This document shows positions 1 to 11,160 of a stretch of 64,000 nt of DNA, piece after piece. The notes beneath the pieces are model-generated. The model did no database searches. It was given only the letters and a program-made list of their open reading frames with translations, and was not told the DNA's origin. Origin of the DNA: the human T2T-CHM13v2.0 reference genome, Homo sapiens; the NCBI RefSeq assembly GCF_009914755.1, contig NC_060936.1; one strand, given 5' to 3'. Position numbers and translations under genes: made by a program. Each line of letters starts with the position of its first letter. The stretch's first letter is position 1.

Positions 1-1487
1 GAAGCTGGAGCCCTGTAATTCTTTATTCAGCAACACACCAAATGTCATCTAGGTGGTCCTCCCGTCTCTGGCTCTCTGGCCCCTAGGACCTGACTGCTGC
101 ACAGGCAACAGCGAGTTTCTAGCAGAGGTTCCAGATGCCTATTCCAGCCAGGACAGCGGTGCCTCCTTAGGATGTGGGGTAAGGAATGAAACAATGGGAA
201 CTCCCTTTCGTGTCTTAGATAACCACCTGATGTAGTAGCCACCTGATGTAGCCCACTCGGTCCCAGGCCTTTCTCCATTCACAGCCTGGGCTTTGGACAC
301 CTGCTATCTGTTCTGGGGGTAGAGTGTAGGGGTTCAGGAGGTCCTCTCGGAGCTTCCTCTGGGGCTTAGTTACAAAAGAGATCAGTTTTGAGGTCAAATA
401 GGGGAAGAATACTGAGAAACCATAAACACAAACTATCAGGGCACCCCAAACAGCACCCGACCTTCCATAATGTTTATACAAACAAAGTCTGATGGCCTCT
501 GCCGAAGAGGAGTAAAGGGTTGGGAAGGCTTTCTAACTCTCATTTTTTCCCCTCCTTTCTTACCCCATTTTCTAGTCCCTCCTTTAGCTTGGTAAGGGTC
601 CAAGTCACAGCTGATCAAGACCAGCCAAACCCAAAGCCATGGGACCCAGCCAGAGCATAGACTGTGAATTCCCCAGCTTTTTGCAGTTTGAGTCAGCCCC
701 ACAGCTGGATTGGCCTCCCAGGACTCTTCTCAAATAGGTCCAGAGAGGCTGCTGAGTGGGGGCCACGGACTCTGCAGGGAGGGCTACTTCTGTTCAACGA
801 TCTCTAGCACCCAAAACAAAAGCCAGGGAGAAATGTGCAGTCTTACTACCTTCTGGTCTGGCTGCATGCCAGCCCTGAGACTGTTTCAGAAAGACTCACA
901 GTTCCCTCCAGCACTTGGACAGGGAAGGGACGGCAGGTCTCTCAACACACAACACTCTTAGTCCATAGAATTGAGGCTCCAATGTTCAGATAACCCATTT
1001 CTACCTCAGCAAATCACCCTCACTCCCTAGCCTGAGTTAAAGCCTTCTTTGCCAACACCATGACTTCTCTGGCCCCAGACTTTCCTAATTTCTTTTGCTC
1101 ACCCCCTTCACTAGCAGAGATGGGCTGCTAATGAGACCACTAGGCAGAAATGGAAGGAAGGGCTGGAAAAGCCTGCAGTGCTGGGATGCACCTCCTTATC
1201 CCAGGAGAAAGATGAGATGTAGATTTATCATAAAGCCACTATCCCTTCACGGTCACCTCCTGCTAGAATCATCTCATAGCCATTCCATAAGCACTGCTGT
1301 GTTGGGTATCTGAGCCCCTGCCCATGAGGAAGACCACCTTCCAGCAGGGAGCTGGAGCAGAGCTGAACTCTGCCCAGGAGAGCTTCTGCAATGCTCAGAA
1401 AATGCCTGCCCAACTGCTTGCCTGGGCTCTGGCCCCTTTGGCTGCAACTGAGCCCAGACAGGAGGCTGACTCACTCACCGCACGCAT

Positions 1488-1542
1488 AGAGGAGGAGGAG
1501 GAACAAGAGGAGGAGGAGGAGGAGGAGGAGAAGGAGGAGGAA
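1488..1542. repeat. Interrupted (GAG)n microsatellite
   Basis: Visible repeat. Confidence 0.9.
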
Positions 1543-1858
1543 CTGTGAGAAGGGTCTGGGCTTGGAGACCTAAGGCTCCCCCAGCCCAGGCTAGGTCTCA
1601 GACTCTGGTCCCTGGGTGAAGAGAAGGAGGGGCAGTTGTACACTGGCCCTGGAGACCACAGGCTGTTCCCTCCTAGATACTTCTGAATCTTCCTCACCAC
1701 CACCCACAGATCCAGGGCACCTCACTTTTCAAACAGAAACTACTCCTTGAGCCCCTTCCTCATTTAAATGCTTGCCCCTGAGTTCCTCTGAACATCTATT
1801 GACAGGCTGTCCTGAAAAAAAATAGGGCCAATTAGGTCTAAACTCATTGGTAGTTCAA

Positions 1859-1860
1859 AG

Positions 1861-1891
<31 letters not shown>
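1859..1891. repeat. Poly(A) tract
   Basis: Visible. Confidence 0.9.
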
Positions 1892-1967
1892 TTACTTAAA
1901 AGACCCAACTCCACCATCACAGGTGACCATACCTGGGCCCTGTAAGACAATAAATAAGGTTACACAC

Positions 1968-2034
1968 CCTCCACTCCAGCAGTTCTGAGCACCATCGACA
2001 GCCAATCGCTCCTTTTCTTATTCCTCCACTCCAT
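1968..2034 (-). CDS. VDR: Coding part of VDR exon 1d: VDRB1 N-terminal extension MEWRNKKRSDWLSMVLRTAGVE (22 codons + 1 nt)
   Basis: ATG at 2034 in GGCATGG context, open to donor GAGG|GTGTGT at 1968/1967; the peptide matches the known VDRB1 N-terminus. Confidence 0.93.
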
Positions 2035-2063
2035 GCCAAGGCGCCCCGACAGAAGAAGGAAAC
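1968..2063 (-). other. VDR: VDR exon 1d (96 nt)
   Basis: GTTTCCTTCTTCTGTCGGGGCGCC...GGAGTGGAGG; 5' end taken from the recalled exon size. Confidence 0.85.
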
Positions 2064-2358
2064 AAATACTTCTTGTTGCCCAAGTGCTAAGCACTGTGTT
2101 AGCGGAGCATTTCTCCTAAGCGCCGAGGATGTCGCTGCTCCCCTCGCCAGCCTGGCACGAACTTCAGCTTTCTCAAACCTCAGTGCCCCTTAGTGTCCCA
2201 GCCTCATGGCACGACAGCCCGGACCTCAGTAGCCAAGTTTACCGCTGAGACTTAGACTCTAATGCTCGCAGCCGGGCGCTCAGGCCCCGGTATCCCAGAC
2301 GCCCCGACCCCGAGTCCCTATCCTGAGACCCCCTTTCCCGCTGCTCCCGGGTTCGCAC

Positions 2359-2435
2359 CTGGTCCGGCCGGCGGGTGGACAAGCTGTTCCGCGCTCCCGG
2401 CGCACACGGCTCCGCTGCCGCCTTTTGACAAGCAG
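2359..2435 (-). other. VDR: VDR exon 1a (main non-coding first exon)
   Basis: CTGCTTGTCAAAAGGCGGCAGCGG...CCGGACCAG|GTGCGA, the start of the canonical VDR mRNA; TSS approximate. Confidence 0.92.
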
Positions 2436-2446
2436 AGACAGCCCAG

Positions 2447-2795
2447 CACCTGGCCCCGCCTCTCGGTCAGGCCCCGCCCCGCCCCTCCGCCCCGCCCACA
2501 GGTCCAGTCCTCTCTTGCCAGGAGCTCCGTTGGCGCTGCAACCATCTTGACTTGGAATCAACCACCCTATAGGCCACGCTGTAGCCTTAGATACTCTAAC
2601 TCGTGAAATTTTCATCGACCGTCGTCCATAGGGCAAGGCACGCTTCTGCCCTCTGTGGGACAGAGTTGTCGATGATTATAGGTGCGGATACCCGCTTCAG
2701 CCTGTGTTAATCGGGGATGCAGCCCCCCACCCTTCCTGCCGTGGTTCTACCCAGCCTGCTGCGGACGCCTGAGCCAGGTGCGTCACCCCCACCTG
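2447..2795. promoter_or_regulatory. Three CACCTG/CAGGTG E-boxes (2447, 2775, 2790), Snail/ZEB type
   Basis: Motifs are visible; SNAI1 repression of VDR through promoter E-boxes is established. Confidence 0.65.
2453..2498 (-). promoter_or_regulatory. Sp1/KLF GC-box cluster
   Basis: Several GGGGCGG(G) motifs on the minus strand 20-60 bp upstream of exon 1a. Confidence 0.85.
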
Positions 2796-2878
2796 GGCTG
2801 ACCAGGCCAGGACTTCGTCGTCCGCGGGACGCTGGGGGGCGCCTGCCGACTGGCACCGGCGGCTAGCTCCGCACGAAT

Positions 2879-2888
2879 GGGAAATCCC
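2879..2888 (+). promoter_or_regulatory. NF-kB consensus site GGGAAATCCC
   Basis: Exact GGGRNWYYCC match within the promoter; binding not shown. Confidence 0.5.
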
Positions 2889-2992
2889 GGGCTCCGCTCG
2901 CCAACCTGTTACTGCTGCAGAACGCCAGGAAGCTCAGCCTGATCCCACAGATTAGGGTAAAATATCCCGGGGGGCCGAAGTGGAAACCGGAG

Positions 2993-3001
2993 TTGCGTCA
3001 T
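2993..3001 (+). promoter_or_regulatory. CRE / C/EBP-ATF-like element TTGCGTCAT (second TGCGTCA at 2779-2785)
   Basis: Motif match only. Confidence 0.4.
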
Positions 3002-3432
3002 TGCTCCCACCCGATATCACCTTGGCAGCGACCGCGGCTGACCACGTTCCCGGCCTGTCGCGAATCTCACCCAAGGGAGCTGAGTCTCAGCTTCCCTGGT
3101 CCCTGGTCCCGAGTTCCGCCTTCCCCCCCCGCCCCGTGGCATCGGCGTGAGGGGAAAAGATAAAGACTACCTCCTGAGACCTGGAATTGTGGATGGCTGC
3201 GGAAAACTCACCACAGGAAATTTTGGCTTAAAGTTATTCTCTGCTTCCCTTGACTGTGTGATAGGCACCGCTCTATCTGCTAGAGGACAGGTGAAAAAGA
3301 TGGGGTTCCCTCTTCTTAGAACTCACTGTGCAGTGGGAGAATGTATAAATAAATAGTAATTACAACATAATCTTCTGGAATAGAAATGCTCACAAAATCA
3401 TCCAGCAGTCGATGACCTCCTTTAGCCAGGGA

Positions 3433-3438
3433 AGATAT
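3433..3438 (+). promoter_or_regulatory. GATA site at the VDR A-1012G polymorphism (rs4516035); intact A allele at 3436
   Basis: Minus strand reads GAATAGCAAT[A]TCTTCCC, about 1.0 kb upstream of exon 1a; SNP context recalled. Confidence 0.75.
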
Positions 3439-3439
3439 T

Positions 3440-3600
3440 GCTATTCGCCTCTTACAGAGGAGGAAACCATGGCTCAGAGGGACAAGGTGAAAGGGTGGGA
3501 AATTGAGGCATAGAAAGTTTAAGTGATATGCCCAACATGACTCAGCTAATCAATGAAGGACTAGTGCTAGAGCCCAGCAAATCTGCTGGTGCAATGGTCT
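3440..3600 (-). mobile_element. MIR fragments
   Basis: ACAGAGGAGGAAAC..GGCTCAGAG and AAGTGATATGCCCAA core motifs. Confidence 0.6.
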
Positions 3601-4259
3601 CTGAACCATTTCTGAGACAGCTATGCTGGACTACATCATAACCAGCCCCTCACAACTCAATAATAGGGTTAAAAGAAATAGACTGAGATTAAATAGAAGG
3701 AAGAACCTTCCAACAGTGAAGTTTGTTAAGCACTGCAACAGTTCATTATGGAGGTATCATGGCAACTTTCTGGGAAGACTTAAACAAAAGACAGAAGAGA
3801 GGCATAGCGTTTGATTGAACTTGGGAATGGACCATTTATTCTGAGAAACAGATGAAGTGCCCCTTTAGAGGTCCTGCCAGTCTGATGGATGGATTCTCTA
3901 CCTGTAATGAAAGTAATAGGAAGGATCCCCTTGCCCAAAGCATCGTGGGAAAGCTAGCGGTGATTCTTGTGGGAAGAAAAGCATAAGAGGAAATTTCCAA
4001 CCACCAATACCTTGGGACATTCTCTGCAAGTCCCATGAGCCTCTGAAAGAGGTTGAACACTCAGAAGTCACTTTTGTGGTGCTTGACTGGCCTGACATCT
4101 TGCAAATAAACCTTATCAAAAGATGGTGGAAGATGCGTACTAAGTATTCCGTAGTAACTGAGAGTTAGTCTTTTTTCACAGCCTTTGTTGGAGGAGAGGT
4201 ACTTGTAATTCACATGTGTAAACTGCTTTATAATTTAAAAATTCTTTGGAATATCTTAC

Positions 4260-4416
4260 TTGATCTTTATCATAGCCTTTTCAGACATGAAGAGTAAAAA
4301 ATACCGTTCCATTGTACAACTGATGTGCAGAGTTGTCAAGGTTTCTACAGCTGAGGAGTGTCAGAGCTACTGGACCCAGATCTTCTCTCTGCACATCCCA
4401 CTGTTTCATGCTGCCT
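4260..4416 (-). other. VDR: VDR exon 1e (157 nt, internal 5' UTR exon spliced from 1f)
   Basis: Acceptor TTTTGTTTTTTAG|AGGCAG and donor GATCAA|GTAAGA; size and sequence match exon 1e as recalled. Confidence 0.9.
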
Positions 4417-6143
4417 CTAAAAAACAAAAAAAAAATTTCCATGCATGCACTTTTCACAGAGTTGAAGAACTCAGAGGTTCTGCGTTTGGCAGATGGGCAA
4501 GATTATAGATGTCATCACGGTCCCCAGCACATGCCGTCATCAGCCCCGTCACCTTGTCTGTAACCATGTTCTTCCCATATTCCCCCAATACCTGAACTGT
4601 TCTCTCTCATCCACCTCTCCAGACCCTCTCCTCTTTCAGGTCCTGCCTATTCCATCAGGCTTTTCCAACATCTCCAGGAAAGGAACTGTCAATTCTCTGG
4701 TCTTTGTAGCGCATGCATTTTCTATATTGCATGGTTTGGCACCTGCTAATGAACCATCTTGTATTTACATTGAACAAAGATAGATTTTTTTTTGCCTGTT
4801 TTATTCTTAGAAGGAAGGTTATTTTGTGAAAGTAGAAAAGCAACATCATATGAGATTCACTTCTCCTGTGTTCTGTTGTAATCCCTAATTGTCTCTGGAC
4901 CCTACTTCTCCCTAGCCAGGTACACAACTGGAAAGGGAGGTTGCTGTCCCACACCGTGTTCTCTTGATGCCTCGATGACAAGCACCATTCCTGCACTACA
5001 GAGTTAATAGTTTTAAATTCCCCTATCTTGACTTCTCCATAAACCAGGTACCAGAACCTCTGCAGAAGACATTAATTTTTCTTTTCCCTGAAGTTAACAT
5101 TTCTCATATTCTCACTTATCCCTGGGATGGGTAGTGGTCTTTATTGGGATGTACAGATTGTTTTTTGTCAGTACTCATCTCTGCCAAATTACATCAGGGA
5201 ATATCTCGTAAGCACTTGCTTGGTTAATATTAGCCAAGTCTGGTGGTGTGCTAGATACTCTGCTATAGTGCTATAGACTCAAAAATCTATATAGAAACAA
5301 AAGAGCCCTTCCCGGTGCATCTGACTTTGATGGAAAGATTCCAGAGGTACTAGGCTGAGGATTTCGTTTCATTCATTTCATTCCTGTGCATTTCATTCCA
5401 CAGAGTCCAAAGAAAGGCAGGGCCTGGTCTCTTGACCTCTCTGCCAGGCTCCAGGCACCTGGGGATGGCCTGGGCAGTTGTGGCTACAGTCAGGCCACAG
5501 GACTGCAGCCTGTCCTCATCTCTGGGCTTCCTTTTTCTGCAGCCTGGCCACTGTCCTCGAGGCTGGCTGATGCTCTCTGCACTTCTTGCTGTGGTGTCAG
5601 AGCTAGAGTGGGTCACTTTGTCCCTGTGAGTCTCCCAGAGACCCTGTCCCCATGGACAGAGGTTTTTTGAGCTGTCTAAAGGCTGCTCTGCAGGTAAAAA
5701 TGTGCCCTTTGAGCTCTCTCTGGAACACTCCCATCTGACTGTTTGTTTTTCCCTTTTTTAGGGCCATTTTCCCCCCTTAAATATTTTATGGTTATGAGCA
5801 CGGTAGGACTGAAGAGAAGCCTCTCTTCAGTAAACACCCAGAGAACATTCTGAGAGACATGAGCGTGGAGTTAGAAAGACAGAAGGGACCAGGCCATCTT
5901 TTCAGTTTGTTCCCTTGTTTTAGAGATTTTTTAAAAAACACACGTTAAGTTCAGAAAGATTAATTCATTTATATTTCCTAACCCAAGTTAAGACAAAAAG
6001 GATCAGGGATGACTCTCCTTATTTATGTTCCAGATGGTAAAAATAGAATGAATAAATGTAAGAAGCTGTAGCAATGAAAGCAAACCAAGGGGTCTTCCCA
6101 GGACAGTATTTTTCAAAATTTTAACTGCAACCCATAATAAGAA

Positions 6144-6155
6144 ATAAGTTTTTAC
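6144..6155 (-). promoter_or_regulatory. Cdx2 element of VDR (rs11568820); G allele at 6155
   Basis: Minus strand GGTCACA[G]TAAAAACTTAT, about 3.72 kb upstream of exon 1a. Confidence 0.85.
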
Positions 6156-6224
6156 TGTGACCTAGTTTACTCAGGAATATATATAAGTTCCTGATACAAA
6201 AGATGTTCTACAATGTTTTCTATT

Positions 6225-6414
6225 ATTTTCTCTATCCTCTTTTCCTTCCTTCCTCCCTCCCTCCTTCCCTCTTTCATTCCTTTTTCTTCCTTTCTCTCTT
6301 TCTTTCTTCCTTCCTTCCTGCCTTCCTTCCTTTCTTTCTTTCCTTGCTTTTCCCTTCCTTCCTTCCTTCCTTTCCTTTCTTTTCCTTCCTTCTTTCCTTC
6401 CTTCCTTTCCTTTT
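6225..6414. repeat. (CCTT/CTTT)n polypyrimidine repeat
   Basis: Visible. Confidence 0.92.
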
Positions 6415-6487
6415 GGGATCCACCAAATTTATTTCACAGCCCATTAATGGGTTGTGACCCAAAATACAGTATTAAAAATCCTACCCT

Positions 6488-6786
6488 ACACAGTGGCTCA
6501 GGCCTGTAATCCCAGTACTTTAGGAAGTTGAGGTGGAAGGATTACTTTGAGGCCAGGAGTTTGAGACCAGCCTGGACAACATAGTGAGACCCTATCTCTA
6601 CAAAAAATTTAAAAATTATCCAGGCATTGTGGTGTGCGCTTGTAGTCCAAGCTGCTTGAGAGGCTGAAGTGGGAGGATCGCTTGAGCCTAGGAGGTCAAG
6701 GCTGCAGTGAGCTATGATCATGCCACTATGCTTGAGGCCTGGGAGGCAGAGTGAGACCCTGTCTCAAAAAAAAAAAAAAAAAAAAA
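6488..6786 (+). mobile_element. Alu (J-like)
   Basis: Alu dimer with poly(A); TSD AAAAATCCT(A/G)CCCT. Confidence 0.92.
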
Positions 6787-8770
6787 TCCTGCCCTAGATC
6801 ATGGGCTAGGCGGACTTTATTGTTTGAGTAGCCAACTGACAGAAGACTCCATCCAGGGAGTTGATGGAATCTTGCCTTTCTGAATGACAGAACAAGTCCC
6901 TCTCACCATAGGACCCCCTCATTTAGAATCTGGAACATGAGATTCACAGAAATACATTTGCGAGACCATCAATGGCTTACAAGTAGCCCCCTCAGAACCC
7001 TGCAGGGGATACATGATGGTTTTGGTGATTCTACCTCCAAGGGTGCATGGTCAGGGTTAGGTCACTGAGGCAGAATGTATCCACCCAATGTTTGCTTTTG
7101 TGGCCTTTACTCAACTGATATATTACCACTCACAAGTATTTTCCAGGTTTGGGGGGTTCTTTTAGCCTCATGATGCCTATGGCATCTCAGAAATCTTGAC
7201 TGCTCCAGAACAGAACAGAACAGCTCCAAGGAGTCCTGTGCAATGCCATGAGAAGTGAATGCACACAGACTCAGCCTGCCCTAGAAAGAGTAGGGCACCA
7301 CCAGTTATTCACTCCAAATCCATCTGGCTCCAGGGCTCCATTCCCAGTAGCCCAGCTCATGTCTTCTTCCTCGGGGCTTTTGGTATTTGTCTTTCCCACC
7401 TGCTCCCACATCCTCAAGCCCCAGGCTGCCAGCCTGCTGGCCTGCACACAGCGTCTGCTGGCATGGTAAAGTAGAGCCTAGAGGCCGAACAGAGAAAGGT
7501 TTAAACTCCCACCTGCACCTCCAAGCAAACGCAGCTCAGAACTCTCCCAGGCTACTAGGTATTTGCTGGGCTCCTGTCCAAATCCAAGCAAACAATGATG
7601 ACTCTTCTCCAAGCCCCAACCCCAACCATTGAGACCAGCAAAATAGACTAGAGGTTCAGGGTCCTTTCCCATCTATGATTAACTATGGCTGTGGGTTTTG
7701 CAACCACCATGATTACTCTTGTAGGGAGATGAAGCAAGCCTCATTCCCAATGCCTTTGGGGAATTCTTATTCTGCTCCTCTGGGGAAGAGTGTCTTGTGG
7801 AGGAGCCCAGGGGTGGAGATAAATGGAGGGGCTCCATGGCATGGGAGTCAGTATCTTGGGAGCAGGTGAAAATGGAGTTAGTGTCACATTGCAGCTGAAG
7901 AGGTCAGTAGAGAAAAGCTGATTATTTTGAAAGAAGCTTCCCGTCCCCATAGGAAAGTTTTCAGGGAAGATGATTGGGCAATGACCTCCTTCATAGCAAT
8001 GAGTAGAAGCCCCACAAGCCTCATCTTGGGCATGCCTGCTTGTTTCTCCAGAAGAACAGGAAGGACATTCCATAAGCAGCCCAGGAATGCATTAAACAAC
8101 TCTCCCCTGGGGCCCCAACTCCAGAAAGATGTGGCTGTTGACAGCTCTTCTCCTTTGCTTTCGGCCTCTGGCCTGGGACAAACTTACTACCAAGCATGGC
8201 TGCCCTTTTGGTTGTGTTTGCCTCATTGTCCTATGTCGTTAAAAGTGTTGCCATTGTTAAAACTGTTGTTTCTGGTGTCCACCTCCACTTCCAGCTGGAT
8301 TTGTTCTGGACTGCATGATGGTGGTGGTGTGTTGCTTTGTTATCATCCATGTGTCCAACAGCCAAGAAGTTGTCTCTAAATGTTTTTAATTTAAAAACCC
8401 TATTGCAAAAAAATAATTGTGATCCCACATATGAATATTATTTTCAAAGTACTATCATTAGTTACTATTTGAAGCCACACTACACAGGGTGAGATTCATC
8501 ATCAACAGTAATGAGTGGCTTCCATTTCATGGAAACATTCATCTTAGGAACAGGAACTAGACAGACTGGCTCAGAGACACCACATTCCATTCTCTTCCTC
8601 TCTGGAAAGTCTCCCTCTAGGAGTTGTAGCTTCTGTATTTAGTATAGTCTGGCTGGGGGCCTGGTCTTTAGCTGGGCCTATCTACACTTGGGTTTGAAAT
8701 ACCCCTACCTTTGAAATATAAAGGAATTGGATTGGTAATCTCCATGTACCTGACAATGTCCCTGTCCACA

Positions 8771-9077
8771 TTTTTTTTTTTTTTTTTGAGACGGAGTCTC
8801 ACTCTGTTTACCAGGCTGGAGTGCAGTGGCATGATCTCGGCTCACTACAGCTTCTGTCTCCAGATTCAAGCGATTCTCCTGCCTCAGCCTCCCCTAGTAG
8901 CTGGGATTACAGGCATGCACCACCACACCCAGGTAATTTTTTTTGTGTGTGTGTTTTTAGTAGAGATGGGGTTTCACCATGTTGGCCAGGCTGGTCTCAA
9001 ACTCCTGACCTCAAATGATCCGCCTGCATCGGCCTCGCAAAGTGCTGTGATTACAGGTGTGAGCCACCACATCCAGC
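8771..9077 (-). mobile_element. Alu (S-like)
   Basis: Poly(T) followed by reverse Alu. Confidence 0.92.
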
Positions 9078-9147
9078 CTTCCCTATCACATTTCTACAAG
9101 GCTCCAGGGATTTAAACTACAGGGAGGGTGGGGGCAGCAAGTCAAGT

Positions 9148-9380
9148 TTACAGTGTAGTGGTAAAGAGCTTGGGCTTGGACTGCTTCTGATTAGTCAAAT
9201 GACTTTGGGCAAATTATTTGATTTCTCTGAACATCAGTTTTGCCATCAGCAAAATGGGGATAAAAATAGTCATAGAGTTGTTGACTTCATAGGGTTGTTG
9301 AGGAGATTAAGTAAAATAACCTACATAAAGCCTTTAGCACTGTGCCTGGCGCATAGTAAGTATTCAATAAATATTAACTT
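9148..9380 (+). mobile_element. MIR
   Basis: TGACTTTGGGCAAATTATTT...GCACTGTGCCTGGC..AGTAAGTATTCAATAAA. Confidence 0.8.
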
Positions 9381-11021
9381 AATAGTTAATATGTATTCAT
9401 TGTAGTAATTAGCAAAGCCCCTTAAAACTCTCATGGCCCCTGGAGTTTCAACAAGATATTACTTCACATCTCTCTGATTAGGGTGGAAGGAGGGAGCAAA
9501 GGAAGGGGATATGAGAGGTAAAAGGAAAGGGAGTGCTTGGCCTGACTGTGATGTTTTTAAATATCTGTAGGTCTATCAGCTATACTGTCACCTATTCTTA
9601 AAATGGCTTTGCCTCTGATACACAAAGCCAATTTATTTTTGCCCTTGGCCCAAAATATTTTAGATGTAGCCTAATTTCTTGGAGGTCCTTGACTTGAGGT
9701 GAGCGGCTCTGATCAGCTGAGAGAACTGGTGGCCTCCAGACCCTGGGGTCTTATGAGATATTGGCATCATGAAGCCTTTACCGATTGCCTCCAACAGGCC
9801 ACTTCCTCTTCATGATAAGTAGGAAAAGGGAGGCAAATCCATCTCACAAGAACTAGAAGATAATTAACTGGAAAGAATAGCCAAGGGTGTAGCTACTGTG
9901 TATCTCAGGAGGTCTGCAAACCCTCTGAGATGTGGGCTGCCCATTACTGTGTGGGGGCACAGAGTCGGACCCAGCAATGGGAGCTGTTTGCACCAGGGCT
10001 ACTCAGTCAGGAGCATCTGAAATTTTTAGAGTAAAGCACTTAAGATAATGTTTTGTGCTTCATGCCAACTGTGTTCCATATCCCGGAAGAACTTTGGACT
10101 GATATGGTCTACACTTTCGGTTGTAGCAGTGCAATCTGGGCCAATAGAGAGGCTGATTTGATGCCTACAGCTGGTTTACTTCCTTATCAAAGCTCTGAAT
10201 GTGGGGAGACACAATTCTTGCTTTGTGGTTAATAGTAGTCTCCCTCTAATCTCTTGTTATCTTACTGCATTAGATGATCCGTTGACATTTAATCTGTAGT
10301 AATTAAGGATTTATTGCCATGTTTCTTTCTCCCAAACAGTATACACCCTTTAAGTAGAGGGCATTTAGAGTCAAGTGGTGTTGGAACCAGAACAACTGAC
10401 AAAGATGTGTCAAGATAGCATTACCTTCATCTTAAACTCAGCCTTGAGAAAGATGTTTCATTTCTAATAGTAGAGTGGATTAGGCACTCTGAATGAGTCT
10501 CCCAATTGAAGCAATAATTTTCTAAAATCTTAAATTTATCACCAGGCTGGCACCAAAGAAAGAAATCTGCAGAACTCAAAATGAAGCAAAAATAGGAACA
10601 CAGGTTGGTAAGCCAGGACCAAAGCTCACCTTAACTTGGAGAGTTCCTGTAGAACCCTGGGAACCTTGAGCTTTCTTTCACTTTAATGGCTTCGCAGGGC
10701 ATGGGGTCGGGAGATAAAGCCAAGGGATCAATCTGCATAAGCTGGGTTCCAGGACTCTCTGTGTAAGGAGAATGAGAAATAAACCTGCACAAAGAAGAGG
10801 ATAGCAGGGAAACTGGCCTGGGCCATTCTGGATGGTTGGAGAACTAATAAATGTCCCCTTAAAATTCACAACGACAAGCTAGTGTCTATCTGGATTTGCA
10901 GTCCAAATTTATATGCTATGTGATTAAAGAAAAAAAAATTCTCAAACATAAAATTTAATTTAAAATGATCCCAGGCTATTCCTACTCAGATAACTAGTGG
11001 AATCAAATATAAATCTTCTCT

Positions 11022-11160
11022 GGCCAGGCACAGTAGCTCATGCCTGTAGTTCCAGCACTTTAGGAGGCTGAGGTGGGAGGATTGCTTGAGCCTAGGAGTT
11101 CAAGACCAGCCTGGGAAATAACGTGAGACTCCATCTCTAAAAAATAAATACAAAAATAAA
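11022..11160 (+). mobile_element. FLAM / Alu left monomer
   Basis: Single Alu arm with A tail. Confidence 0.85.

Larger units (their letters stand above)
2100..3150. promoter_or_regulatory. VDR: VDR proximal CpG-island, TATA-less promoter
   Basis: High GC and CpG density around exons 1a and 1d. Confidence 0.9.
6104..6483. mobile_element. Decayed hAT/Charlie-type DNA transposon (MITE) containing the Cdx2 site and an internal CT-rich expansion
   Basis: Starts CAGTATTTTTCAAA...TGCAACCCA and ends ...TGGGTTGTGACCC...AAAAATCCT, resembling Charlie-family ends. Confidence 0.55.

Noticed and set aside
223-251. 13-bp direct repeat containing two CACCTG
   Set aside because: Small slippage duplication with no other support
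1324-1703. Poly-Glu and poly-Ser ORFs
   Set aside because: Translations of the (GAG)n microsatellite
5808-5831. 10-bp-stem palindrome (similar 8-bp one at 27011-27029)
   Set aside because: Short enough to occur by chance in 64 kb
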